From positions 64,001 through 128,000 of the forward strand of contig CAWBBV010000016.1 of NCBI GenBank assembly GCA_963787125.1: a stretch of DNA of 64,000 bases, given 5' to 3'. This document shows, in pieces, positions 52,401 to 61,279 of this stretch. Source of the stretch: an uncultured delta proteobacterium (GTDB lineage Bacteria; Desulfobacterota; Desulfuromonadia; Geobacterales; DSM-12255). A model generated the notes under the pieces. That model searched no databases and was not told where the DNA came from. It saw only the letters and a list, made by a program, of their open reading frames with translations. Position numbers and translations under genes: made by a program. The stretch's first letter is position 1. Each line of letters begins with the position of its first letter.

Positions 52401-55400
52401 GGTTACCGGATATTGAAATGCTCTGGCGGGGTCTGCACCCAGACCGGCCAGGTCGGCGCGGATGTCCTGACTTATACCGACAGCACCCTGACCCCTCCCG
52501 GGGCGGCAAACAACTATCAGGTGCAGGCCTACAAGAGCGCCACCTGCGGTTGGGTCTTCCCTGTCAGCAGCATCACCACGGCGACCACCATGGCAATAGC
52601 TCCAGCGCCTGGCAGTCTGACCGCAACAGCCAACAATACTACCCAGATCACTCTCTCCTGGCTCAATAACAGCTCCTCCGAGACCGGCATAGTTATTGAG
52701 CGCTGCCAGGGGGCCGCTTGCACCTTTGACGGTTCCGTTCTGACAACAACCGGTGCAGGCATAACAACCTACGTTGATACAGCAGTAGCCAACGGAATCA
52801 GTTACAGCTACCGGGTAAAGGCGGTTAACAGTGCGCTTTCCTGGGCATCGGCATACAGCGCTACGGTAACCCGCGCCACTCCGGCAGCAGCAGCGGCAGT
52901 TCTGGCTCCCCCTGTAGCGGTTTCCGACACCCGCATCGATCTTTCCTGGTCAGACCCGAACAGTGATGAGTCAAGCTATCTTGTCGTGCGCGATAATGTT
53001 GTCATCGCCACCAGGCCGGCAAACAGCACCAGCTATACAGACAGCAGTGTCATCGCCGGCAACAGCTATACCTACTTGATCAGAGCCGTTAGAACCGCCA
53101 CCAACAGCTGGAGCGTTGACAGTAACAGCCGAACGGTTGCCCCTTCCACCCCTCCCCCGGCCAGCCTGACCATAGCGGTTGTCAGCTCAACCCAGCTGAA
53201 TCTATCCTGGGTAAACAGCACCACTACAGAAACTGAAGTCAGGGTTGAACGCTGCCAGAACGCCGGTTGCAGCAGTTTTACCCAGATCGCCGTACTAGCC
53301 AAAGCCCAGCCTGATACCAGCTATATTGACACCGCTGTTGTGCCGGGCGTCACTTATCGCTATCAGCTAATGGCAGCCAACACGACCATAAACTGGACGT
53401 CCGCATACAGCACTACCGCTACCGCTACGGCTACCCCCCTGACTGTGCCTGGTGCCACGACAGCAGCAAGGGTCTCAGAAACGCAGATCAATCTTTCCTG
53501 GAGCGCTACTGGCGGCGTCAGTGGCTATAACATCTATTACTGCAGCGGCGCTGGCTGCACGCCGACGATCCTGGCAGCGACCCTTGCAAGCGCTGCCACA
53601 ACAACCTTTCAGCATCCGGGTCTGGCGGTAAACACAACCTACCGCTACGCAAGAACGTCCTACAAAAGCGGCACCACAGGCTGTCCGGACAGCACCACCT
53701 GCCAGAGCACTCAAAGCGTGGCCACTGCCAACACCCTGACCACTCTTACCGCACCGTCAGCACTCTCCGCCACGGCCGTAAACTCAACCAGTGTGCGGCT
53801 GCAATGGACGAACACCACTGTTTCGGAGAGCGGTTTTGTTATTGAACGCTGCACCCCTGCCGGAGCCTGCACTTTTGCTGAAATCCCCAATACAGCAGCA
53901 GCGCAGGATAGTTTCTGGATCGATGCCACGGTTGCCAAAACCACCAGCTACCAGTACCGCATCAAGGCTGCCAATCCGGCCTGGACAACGAGCGCCACCC
54001 CCGGGTTCACCCCTTACAGCAACAGTGCAACTGCTACCACTCCGGATGCCGGCCCGCCGTATCCGCTGACAGCGGTAACCGGCACCAATAAAATCACCCT
54101 GACCTGGGGGGACAACTGCTCTGCCGGCACCCAGGAAGAGGGCTTTAACCTGCTCCGCTGCAGCGGCAGCGGCTGTGACCCGGCAACGGATCCGGCAAAG
54201 ATTGTTACGGCGTATCCAGGGGCGAACGCCACCAGCTCGGTCAGCAAAACCGATATGACTGTCTGCAGCAATCAAGCCTACGAATACAAAGTTCAGGCCT
54301 ACAACAACAGCAATCATCTCTGCGACTTTGCCAGCAGCAGCTTGGCGCTGACCACGGCAACTCCGGCAAATCCCCAGCTGCTGGCTGTCACCAGGGTGAA
54401 TGAAATCAAGCTGACCCTGACCTGGACGGACACCACTCTCGATACGGCAAGTTATGACATCTATCGCTGCTTTGGCAACAGTTGCAGCGATTTTGTCAAG
54501 ATCGGCTCAAAGTCGGGCACGCCCCTTTCCTACGACGACACCACCATCCTGCCCGGGGCTACCTACAGCTATCAGATTCGCGGCAACGGCGTTACGGTAA
54601 GCGGCTGCGGCCAGCCGTGGCAGACTGCCAGCAACAGCATCAGCCAGGTTGCCAATATCAATGCCCCCGCTTCATTATCAGCAACGGCTGTCAACATGAA
54701 CCGGATCGACCTTGCCTGGGCAGACAGCGACACAACAACTGCCGGCTGGAAGATCGAGCGCTGCACCGGCTCCGGCTGCACTGATTTTACCGAACTGGCT
54801 GTTCTCTCAACAAAGTCACCATTCAGCTATGCAGATACAAGCGTCGCTGCCGGGACAACCTACCAGTACCGGCTCAGAGCGACCGGAACGACAATAGTTT
54901 CCGGCAACAGCTACTACTGGGTATCAGATTACAGCGCAACTGCTGCTGCAGCCACAATCCTGCCGCTCGCGCCATCAGCCCTCACTGCCGCCATGATCTC
55001 CTCCTCACAGGTAAATCTTGCCTGGAACGCCAGCAGCACCAGCGATCTGAGCGGCTACGCCCTTGAGCGCTGCAGCGGCGCAGGTTGCATGGACTTTACC
55101 CAGATTGCCACAGTCACTCCAGTGACCGCTACCAGCTATGCAGATACCGGCATTGCCCCTTCCACTACCTTCAGATACCGGCTCAGAGGGTACAAGACTG
55201 CCGGTGGGGTCTATAGCAGCTACAGCAACATTGCTGAAACCGTCACGCTCATGGGTGCCCCCTGGTCGCTGACAGCCAGGGCCATCGGTTCCCACGCGGT
55301 AAAACTTTCCTGGAATGAAATATTCCCCGGTCAAGACAGCGTTACGGTGCTGGTACAGATCTGGAACGGCGAGTGGGTGCAGCTGGCTAACATTGCCGGC

Positions 55401-58400
55401 TCAAGCAGCGAGTACACCGACATTTCCGGTGTCAGCCCGCTTGCTACCTATACCTACCAGGTACGGGCCTTCCGCGGCAATTCATATGCGGACAGCAACC
55501 TGGCGTCAGTGACAATGCCCGCATATGCAGCAGCTGACGCATCTATCTGTGTGGCCGGCCAGCTCCCGAATCAACCCCAGATAACTTCAACCCCGATAAC
55601 AGTTGCCAGCGAGGGGGTTGCCTACAGCTATAACGTTGCGGCAATTGCCATGGGAAGCGGCAACAGCATTGTTGGCTTTGAGCTGGCAGTCAAGCCGAAC
55701 GGCATGACCATCAACGCTGCCAGCGGCGCAATCAGCTGGACTCCGGATTATTCCCAGGCTGGCGCCATGAATGTTACCGTGCGGGTCACTGACGCTCTTG
55801 GCGTCACCGCGATCCAGAGCTTTGTGATTGCAGTGGCAAATGACAGCCAGCTGCCGCGAATCACCTCAGCTGCCGTGACTACCTGTTTCGCGGTAACGTG
55901 CACTGTCGGCCAGATGTATAGCTATCAGGTTCTGGCCAATGATCCGGAAGGCAGCAGCCTCAGTTACAGTCTGCCTGCTGCCCCTGCAGGCATGTCGATA
56001 AGCGCCGCCGGGCTGATCTCCTGGACAGCGCAGGCCGGTGCCAACAATGTGGTTGTCACAGTCAGTAACGCCACCAAATCACTGCAGCAGAGTTTCAGTA
56101 TCCCGGTCACCCCTTATCACCCACTGGTGATCACTTCGCCCCCGAATACCAGTGCCGTCAATGGCGCCCCCTACACCTATCAGCTGACAGTCACCAATCC
56201 TGACAACTATCAACTGAACTACTCACTGCCGTCCGCCCCGGCAGGCATGACTGTTTCTGCCGGCGGCACTATCACCTGGGTGCCGGCCTCTTCACAAAGC
56301 GGCGATACGCAAGTCACAGTCCAGGTATCCGACCGTAGCAGCGCCGCTCCGGCTACCCAGACATTTATCCTGACGGTGTCTCAATACAACGTGCCGACAA
56401 TAACGGCGATTCCTGCGCAAACAGCCTCTGAAACTGTTCTGTTCAGCTACCAGGTTGCTGCCGCCGCCCCGCTTGGCGGCACGTTAAGTTATTCTCTCAG
56501 CGGCGCACCGTCCGGCATGACCATCTCCCCGGCAGGTCTCATCTCCTGGACACCCGCAAGCGGTCAGGGCGCCAACAACCTTCCGGTAACGGTAAGAGTG
56601 CAGGCAGGGAGCATCAGCGCCAACAGCTCCACCCAAATATTTACTCTCAATGCGCCCTACATCGCCTCCACTCCAGGTGTCACCCCCAGAGCCTCTGCCG
56701 GCTTTGCCTACAGCTATAGCGTCAGCGCAAACGCTGCCGGTTGCAGCGGAACCTGCACTCCGCTCAGCTACTCACTGCTTAACAGCGGCACTACCCCGCC
56801 ACCAACCGGGATGACCATTAACGCCACCTCCGGCCTGGTCAGCTGGACACCGGGAGCGGCACAGAGCGGCTACAACCCGGTAACGGTGAAAGCAGCATTC
56901 GGTTCGTCAGGGAAATTTGCCACCCAGGCATTCACCATCGCAGTTCCTGCCATCACGTCAACACCAGCGGTCACGGCAGCAGCTGGAACGGAATACGTCA
57001 CCTATATAACGGCGTCAGATCCGGCAGGAGGCAGCTTCAGCTATGCACTGACAAGCGCACCGGTCGGCATGACCGTTGACGCAGGTGGCAAAATCAGCTG
57101 GATCCCCGCAGTCGGTCAGGGGGGCAGCAGTATCGCGGTAACGGTCAAAGCGACGGTGAACGGCACTAGCCCCGCCATTTATGCTCTCCAGAGCTTCAGC
57201 CTGTCGGTGGTCGCCATCACCTCTCCCCCAACTACCACGGCACTGACCGGCTACGGCTACAGTTATCAAATCAGCGCCACCGGTACAGCCCTCACCTATA
57301 GTCTGGACTCGGCTCCTGCAGGGATGACCATCTCCTCGTCAGGGCTTGTCAGCTGGCCTAATCCCGTAACAGGAACGACTGCGGTAACGGTCAGAGTGAC
57401 TACCGGCGGCAGCGCCTATGTCACCCAAGCATATTCCCTGTCTGTGGCACAGCCGCCACCAGCGCCCCCTGCCCCGCTTCTTACTGCTCAGGGGGGACTG
57501 AGCGGCTACTGTTCGGTCCTCCATACTTTCGGTTGGAGCGCCGTCGCGCCCCAGGATACCGACCCGGTCTGGTATAACCTCCAGCTGGATACGGTCGCGA
57601 CCTTCGACAGCCCGAATCTGCAACAGTCGGGCTGGCAGACAGCAAGCAGCTGGCAAAAGGATCTCGGCTCATCCGCTCAAGCATGGTACTGGCGTGTCCA
57701 GGCACGGGACAACGGTCATCAGCAGCTGCTCACCCCGTCGCAAACAGCCACCTTCACCGAAGGGGCAATCAGCTGGGATTGCGGCTGCGATAACAGCTGT
57801 TCCAGCAGCTGTCCGCTCGTCTATTCCTGGAACGGCTCCGGTTACAGCTATGAAACCGACTTGCAAGGCCCGGCAATATCCCAGATCAAAAAAGGACTCA
57901 GAAATGTCACCCTTTATCAACCGTCATACATAACCCTGGAAGATCTGGTTCCGGATGAAAGCAGTAATTACCGGGTAAAAATATGGGAATCTCTGATTGA
58001 GGCGACGCTGCTGGATGAGGCAAAACTTTTGGCGGTGGATTATCCGGCAGGCTATCAGATAGCGTCCTCCGGGGCGGAAAACACTTATTACTACGGCTAC
58101 GTGGAACCCTTCAAAATCTACACTCTCAAAGATGATGTTCTGCCACTGACAGCGACCGACAAGAAAGGCGCCAACGTCCTGACATCACTTGTGGCGGTGG
58201 ACGACAACCCGGCGCCAATGACTGCCGATGACCCGGATAATTACTACACCCTCGATTTTGGCACGGTACAGCATCCGGAAAACGCCAAACTGGTGATTGA
58301 CGGCTGGCAGATCATCAACTCCAAGCTTTATACCTCAACCCTAACTGTCCAGCCGTATATTGAAGTTGTGGACAGCAGCGGCGCCTGGGTCAAGGTCAAA

Positions 58401-59009
58401 TCATTCGGCATGCCGATGGGCGACCTGAAAACCATGATTATCGACATGGGCAGCAAATTCCTGAGTTCCGACCACCGCATCAGGGTTCACCTGGGGATCA
58501 AGAAGGCCCAGGTCTGGGTAATCGACCGGATCAGTCTGGATGACTCCGCGCCGGTAAGCGTCACCGTTCAGGAGCTGACAGCGTCATCCGCCAATCTGCA
58601 GGCGGGAGGACATGCGATTCAGGCCATGAATACCGAACAGCACCGGATTCTGGTAAACGATGAAAGTCTTCCTCCCCATCCCGGTTATTACGGCTACGGC
58701 AATTTCACCAGATACGGTGAGGTTGGAGAGCTGCTGACAGGGCGGGATAACAAATTTGCCATCATGAATTACGCTGACAAGCTTGACTTGACCTTCCCGG
58801 GACTGCCGGCTCCTCAGCCAGGCATGGCGAGAAGCTTTATTCTCAAAGCCGACAACTATTACAAAGAGTTCAAGGAGTACAAATATCTCGAACCGCTCCC
58901 GTTCCACGGCATGAGTGATTATCCGCCGCCGGCACCGGAAGCGTACCCGACTGATGACGATCACAATCAGTACCGGCTGCTCTACAACACCAGGGTGGTA
59001 GCACCTTAA
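46476..59009 (+). CDS. Giant secreted protein (~4177 aa): two beta-propeller regions, about 20 FN3 domains, CBM-like insert, 7 Ig-like repeats, C-terminal domain
   Basis: GGAGG RBS before ATG 46476; signal peptide ending ACA; VYVxGY...D..T.KY propeller repeats; L.W.D....E.GF..ERC FN3 repeats; P.GM.I...G.ISWTP Ig repeats. Confidence 0.92.
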   Translation: MRDNGIVAMFRLLRTRHLMAPALFLGCLVLHFSASSACAGGGDILWQRADTQAGKQQATASAYDSSGNVIVTGYRNLTGSTNDDYYTVKFKADGSGVLWSAAYDRSGGSDQSNDVTVDTNNDVIVTGTIWNGINLDIHTIKYCGTTGSSSCGGKNGGEVLWEQTFNGAANGNDAAAVMSVDPANNVYVGGYSQNSSGKEDYLLLKYPAAGGAPLWQARYSGPAGYPGVNKITAMAAGASGVAVTGQSWNGTVFECATIKYDLQGNPLWPQVKRYTDGPYPCFGKVLKMDAAGNVIIAASASNGLDLDIYLAKYAAASGSQLWAATFDGRESDEPKGMVIAADGDVYITGYSSTQSGHYDFYTAKHDGASGNTIWRNIFDSGNGRTDITAESDAIVLDAAGGAVFVTGYTITGGISSFETLKYRADNGENIWQRLLNGVEGKNSRPVGLGLASGGDLLIAGWADTAASSLDYVAVKYDRGVLNPPTGLTVQTLSSTSIKLTWSDNSLNEDGFRIERCKLFNCSDFEVIKTEGAGVTTYTDILTSNDKDSYFSYRVKAFIGETSSQYTNVAQTLTTSVTAAPPAWAYSYNGLADSDDYAAAIAVGPDNNPVVTGASHDFFPGYTMGNLTWDYLTIKLDRNTNTPLWSERYDDPTSASDISTCVAVDSANIATVSGYATLNISNVDVNSLFTLRYKAPAASPQALTADQYNGPGATDDRAVAIATAVDASDNVAVVGFGKNPSGNDDIYLLKYSAAGVRLWDTTPFDNGGDDIPAAVAFAPDGSIYVTGYSEKTPRTEPRTYNFYTARHNGANGNLIWRELYSAAPPAGDNKAFSLAVDAGGDLYVSGYATNAAGNKDFYTIKYKGANTTALRLWERPVDGPGHGDDNAVGVSVDPIDGNIIVAGSSKSEAGDMDYRVIRYTPAGDTVWDKSYQKPGSSEEAGAMAIDSNGTAYLTGDSYNGTTRSSLTVAFNYLKGDIVSAILYNANGNNSSTGAIATNSVDEAFAAGYTTKSDGTTDLLVYKIAPAIPSAPAPLRAATATITSATLAWPGRSTGKDGYTLQRKFGDCSDTNPNPWGAAIPLAAAATTYADINLIPGAAYCYRLQSFRSSDATVSRWNQLNVTLPAVTAPAGLTATAATSTQVNLNWSDTSLGETGFRVERCALATCADADFIQTGAIRPANSNGFNDSDVCAATAYTYRVIAVGTGWESTPSNIFTAPATPAAAVPVLTAARASETAVSLTWTDSNSDQSGYNLERSLDGTNYTPLATGLAAALRAYSDTSATPGVANYYRLTAYKSATCGWSSPSLPKSAVTTILEPTGVTATANSTTQITLAWTDRTTSETGFKILRCSGSGCTPGEPPLFTTAANVTVYSDTAVTENTVYNYQIVATNSVLPWNSLASTKVERATPAATAPQLLAVTRISEAQLNISWSDTNSDRSGLRLWRCAGQGCSVFAQLGGVITAPLSFSDSGLLPNTSYSYYVESFKTVTTEQWAKQSGQLSATTTLLEPNSFTATVNSTTQVTLGWADRTASETGFEIWRCANPPCTASLLATVGTNVTSYPDTAACYGTVYMYQVMATNSQTPWYSSAVSLSAGVTLPTPAPPEYFTLTQLTESSVRLDWNDPNSDESGYKVERCTGTSTYCGDDDAKFTVTYPLPANTITYTNSGLAPNNSYTYRLRAYKSADCPWSLVSGTQSITATVPAPTGLTLQALSSTGIKLTWANTTLTETGFVVERCSGGSCSDFSVLTASSSIAPHGTTFTDSSACSGTAYSYRIKAKNAGLGWESGYSTTVTIATPHPSLSYPNLLLDPNFEDAASGWSAAPDGGSALGAGIDTALFFNGGKSLKVVGDVTEVMGRAQTVAVAAGQQYVLSAYVNSTLTAGAAGCNVYGSGITSDPGFSLEANDPRNNSWVNLNEVVTIPAGTTTVSVRCVTAAGSVGTVNFDALSFNKAFTVTPATINEAKISLSWPNVSTDESGYRILKCSGGVCTQTGQVGADVLTYTDSTLTPPGAANNYQVQAYKSATCGWVFPVSSITTATTMAIAPAPGSLTATANNTTQITLSWLNNSSSETGIVIERCQGAACTFDGSVLTTTGAGITTYVDTAVANGISYSYRVKAVNSALSWASAYSATVTRATPAAAAAVLAPPVAVSDTRIDLSWSDPNSDESSYLVVRDNVVIATRPANSTSYTDSSVIAGNSYTYLIRAVRTATNSWSVDSNSRTVAPSTPPPASLTIAVVSSTQLNLSWVNSTTTETEVRVERCQNAGCSSFTQIAVLAKAQPDTSYIDTAVVPGVTYRYQLMAANTTINWTSAYSTTATATATPLTVPGATTAARVSETQINLSWSATGGVSGYNIYYCSGAGCTPTILAATLASAATTTFQHPGLAVNTTYRYARTSYKSGTTGCPDSTTCQSTQSVATANTLTTLTAPSALSATAVNSTSVRLQWTNTTVSESGFVIERCTPAGACTFAEIPNTAAAQDSFWIDATVAKTTSYQYRIKAANPAWTTSATPGFTPYSNSATATTPDAGPPYPLTAVTGTNKITLTWGDNCSAGTQEEGFNLLRCSGSGCDPATDPAKIVTAYPGANATSSVSKTDMTVCSNQAYEYKVQAYNNSNHLCDFASSSLALTTATPANPQLLAVTRVNEIKLTLTWTDTTLDTASYDIYRCFGNSCSDFVKIGSKSGTPLSYDDTTILPGATYSYQIRGNGVTVSGCGQPWQTASNSISQVANINAPASLSATAVNMNRIDLAWADSDTTTAGWKIERCTGSGCTDFTELAVLSTKSPFSYADTSVAAGTTYQYRLRATGTTIVSGNSYYWVSDYSATAAAATILPLAPSALTAAMISSSQVNLAWNASSTSDLSGYALERCSGAGCMDFTQIATVTPVTATSYADTGIAPSTTFRYRLRGYKTAGGVYSSYSNIAETVTLMGAPWSLTARAIGSHAVKLSWNEIFPGQDSVTVLVQIWNGEWVQLANIAGSSSEYTDISGVSPLATYTYQVRAFRGNSYADSNLASVTMPAYAAADASICVAGQLPNQPQITSTPITVASEGVAYSYNVAAIAMGSGNSIVGFELAVKPNGMTINAASGAISWTPDYSQAGAMNVTVRVTDALGVTAIQSFVIAVANDSQLPRITSAAVTTCFAVTCTVGQMYSYQVLANDPEGSSLSYSLPAAPAGMSISAAGLISWTAQAGANNVVVTVSNATKSLQQSFSIPVTPYHPLVITSPPNTSAVNGAPYTYQLTVTNPDNYQLNYSLPSAPAGMTVSAGGTITWVPASSQSGDTQVTVQVSDRSSAAPATQTFILTVSQYNVPTITAIPAQTASETVLFSYQVAAAAPLGGTLSYSLSGAPSGMTISPAGLISWTPASGQGANNLPVTVRVQAGSISANSSTQIFTLNAPYIASTPGVTPRASAGFAYSYSVSANAAGCSGTCTPLSYSLLNSGTTPPPTGMTINATSGLVSWTPGAAQSGYNPVTVKAAFGSSGKFATQAFTIAVPAITSTPAVTAAAGTEYVTYITASDPAGGSFSYALTSAPVGMTVDAGGKISWIPAVGQGGSSIAVTVKATVNGTSPAIYALQSFSLSVVAITSPPTTTALTGYGYSYQISATGTALTYSLDSAPAGMTISSSGLVSWPNPVTGTTAVTVRVTTGGSAYVTQAYSLSVAQPPPAPPAPLLTAQGGLSGYCSVLHTFGWSAVAPQDTDPVWYNLQLDTVATFDSPNLQQSGWQTASSWQKDLGSSAQAWYWRVQARDNGHQQLLTPSQTATFTEGAISWDCGCDNSCSSSCPLVYSWNGSGYSYETDLQGPAISQIKKGLRNVTLYQPSYITLEDLVPDESSNYRVKIWESLIEATLLDEAKLLAVDYPAGYQIASSGAENTYYYGYVEPFKIYTLKDDVLPLTATDKKGANVLTSLVAVDDNPAPMTADDPDNYYTLDFGTVQHPENAKLVIDGWQIINSKLYTSTLTVQPYIEVVDSSGAWVKVKSFGMPMGDLKTMIIDMGSKFLSSDHRIRVHLGIKKAQVWVIDRISLDDSAPVSVTVQELTASSANLQAGGHAIQAMNTEQHRILVNDESLPPHPGYYGYGNFTRYGEVGELLTGRDNKFAIMNYADKLDLTFPGLPAPQPGMARSFILKADNYYKEFKEYKYLEPLPFHGMSDYPPPAPEAYPTDDDHNQYRLLYNTRVVAP

Positions 59010-59043
59010 GGCGAGCTGAATACGGGCACTCCGGGCTTATACT

Positions 59044-59076
59044 AAAAAGCCCCCCCTTTGAAAAAGGGGGGGCTTT
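59044..59076. terminator. Bidirectional intrinsic terminator
   Basis: AAAGCCCCCCCTTT-GAA-AAAGGGGGGGCTTT. Confidence 0.85.
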
Positions 59077-59118
59077 AACTATCTGAAACTTCAGTTGGCG
59101 AAGAAGTGCCCAAACACC

Positions 59119-60240
59119 TTAAGGAAACTTCTGCTCCGGTGCTTCCCCGCGCTTCTCCTTGGCTTTTGCCAGCCCCGGACGGCCGAACTGGGGATGGCCT
59201 TCCTTTTGCGTCCTGCCGTTCATGATCGCCTCGGAGCGGAGTCTTCTGCCGATGGTCTTTTCCAGCTGTTTGCCGAGCGTCAGCACCCGGTCTACATCCC
59301 AGCCGTGCGCTATTCCCATCTCGTCGATCTGCACCAGCGTATCTTCCAGTGTCACCAGCCCCACATAACGGGGATCTTTATAATAGTATTCACCGGTCCC
59401 CTTTACCGGACAGTCATCAAGAAAGTTGGCAGGCTGGCCGCCAAGGCCGCCAAGGGTAGCTTCGAACCTGGTGATGCCTGCCTGCAAAGCCGCCAGCACA
59501 TTGGCAGCAGCGACTCGCTTGGTTTCGTGAAAGTGCGCCAGATGCAGGGAGGTATCGGGAATGGCGTCGAGAATCATGGAGAAATAGCGATAGACCTCAG
59601 GCGCAGAAGCGCTGCCGTCATGGTCGGCATGTTCGATGTCCGCCGCGCCGATATCGAGCCACCTTTTGGTAAACCCGACCGCGTCTTTAAGCTCGGTCGC
59701 CCCGGCAATCGGGCTCCCCCAGATAGTGCTGACCGTGCCGCACATCTTCAGGCCCGCGTCATTGCACTTTTTGATACACCGCTCCGCCTCCAGCCAGTAT
59801 TCCGGCAGGGTGCAGCCTGAGTTGGCAAAGTGGTGCTGCTCCTCGGTGGAGACCATCATCAGGAGGCGGTCAGGGCCGCGCCCCTCCGCTGCCAGGCGGA
59901 TAGCCCGGTCAACCGCAGCTTCTCTTATGGTTATTGCTGTCAGGACGATGTCGCTGTAGTTGATCCCCCGGGCAAGGCACCTTTTCCTGAAACCGTCGCT
60001 GCGCAGATGAATCAGCAGCTCTTCGGCATCGCGGAACTGGGGCATTGAGGCCGGATTACCCAGGTTGGTCACCTCGATATCGCGACAACCGGCAAAAATC
60101 AGCTCTTCCAGGTAGTAAATCTTGGCAGCGGTTGAAACAAACTTCTCCTCATGCTGAAAACCATCACGCACCGTAATATCACCGATGGTCACTTTTCTGG
60201 GCATGCGCGGAAAGATTTGCCAGTAATCGTATTCGGTCAT
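59119..60240 (-). CDS. HMG-CoA lyase-like DRE-TIM metallolyase
   Basis: RDGFQHE, HFHET and GGLGG; AAGGAGG RBS. Confidence 0.85.
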   Translation of the reverse strand: MTEYDYWQIFPRMPRKVTIGDITVRDGFQHEEKFVSTAAKIYYLEELIFAGCRDIEVTNLGNPASMPQFRDAEELLIHLRSDGFRKRCLARGINYSDIVLTAITIREAAVDRAIRLAAEGRGPDRLLMMVSTEEQHHFANSGCTLPEYWLEAERCIKKCNDAGLKMCGTVSTIWGSPIAGATELKDAVGFTKRWLDIGAADIEHADHDGSASAPEVYRYFSMILDAIPDTSLHLAHFHETKRVAAANVLAALQAGITRFEATLGGLGGQPANFLDDCPVKGTGEYYYKDPRYVGLVTLEDTLVQIDEMGIAHGWDVDRVLTLGKQLEKTIGRRLRSEAIMNGRTQKEGHPQFGRPGLAKAKEKRGEAPEQKFP

Positions 60241-60435
60241 TTACAACGCCTCCTTACTCATCTGCATGCTTTTAAGTAGAGGCAAACTTTACTATACTAT
60301 TACCAAACTTTGCAAGTTGATTCAGCGTTTTTCATAACAGCTTTCTACTTTCACAAAACATAGCCATTACCCACCACGACTGCCCCCTCTGATTATTAAC
60401 GCAAATCAAATTCACTCCAATAGCAGGGAATAAGT

Positions 60436-60524
60436 GGGACATTGTTAAGATTGCAAACTTAATCGCAGAAACAATATGAAGTAAACCAACTTAGCTCCCC
60501 CTTGCCCTCGTACCCCTAGCCCTC
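60436..60524. mobile_element. Non-autonomous mini-derivative of the Y1 transposase element
   Basis: GGGACATTGTTAAGATTGCAAACT matches the element left end 22/24; GTAAACCAACTTAGCTCCCCCTTGCCCTCGT resembles the right end. Confidence 0.75.
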
Positions 60525-60639
60525 ATTTATCCATAATATCCAAAGCCGAATTACATTGGAATTGACTGCCGTTCATTTTAGGTGTTATCGTTACCGCAGA
60601 TTTTGACAAAATTCTAACGGCATTTAACAGGATACAAGC

Positions 60640-60909
60640 ATGATTTCTGAAAATGACAGGGCGATAATCACGCAATTTGCGAAGGAATTCAATGTCACCT
60701 CCGTTGTTGTTTTCGGATCATCTCTAAGTAACGGCATCGATGCACATGACATAGATCTTGGTGTTAAAGGGCTGGATCCACGCAGTTTTTTCAAGTTTTA
60801 TGCAGCATTATTCAAGCATCTGACCAAACCGGTTGACCTTGTAGATCTTTCACGAAAATCTGCATTTAATGAGCTTATTGAAGAATCAGGTGTCAAAATT
60901 TATGGATAA
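60640..60909 (+). CDS. Minimal nucleotidyltransferase (MNT) antitoxin
   Basis: FGSS...HDIDL and VDLVD motifs; 89 aa. Confidence 0.9.
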   Translation: MISENDRAIITQFAKEFNVTSVVVFGSSLSNGIDAHDIDLGVKGLDPRSFFKFYAALFKHLTKPVDLVDLSRKSAFNELIEESGVKIYG

Positions 60910-61279
60910 TCTGCCGAAGCAGATAGCAGCAGAGATGGAGAATGTCGAAACTGCGCTTCGCAATCTGGAAGAAACTCTGAAGAGAGAAGCCAAAACTGTC
61001 GTAGAACTCGCCGCAATAGGCACCTTCCTGCACAATATCTACAACGGAATTGAAAACATCCTCAAGCAGTCCTTGAAGTCCAGGAATATCCGGCTAGAAA
61101 GGGGAGACCAATGGCACAAGGAACTGCTGGTTCTTTCCGTCAAAAATAACATTTTAAGCAACGAGCTTGCTGATGAGCTTTACGAATACCTGTCATTCAG
61201 GCACTATTTTGTTCATGGACGTGAGGGGGACGTTGTTAAGTTTGGACGTGAGGGGGACGTTGTTAAGTTTGCAAACTAA
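60902..61279 (+). pseudogene. HEPN/HepT-like RNase toxin, C-terminus replaced by element-end repeats
   Basis: LHNIYNGIENI, WHKELL and FRHYFVHG, then REGDVVKFGREGDVVKFAN encoded by the element end. Confidence 0.8.
61217..61243. repeat. 27-bp tandem copy of the element left end
   Basis: GGACGTGAGGGGGACGTTGTTAAGTTT at 61217, 61244 and 61880. Confidence 0.95.
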
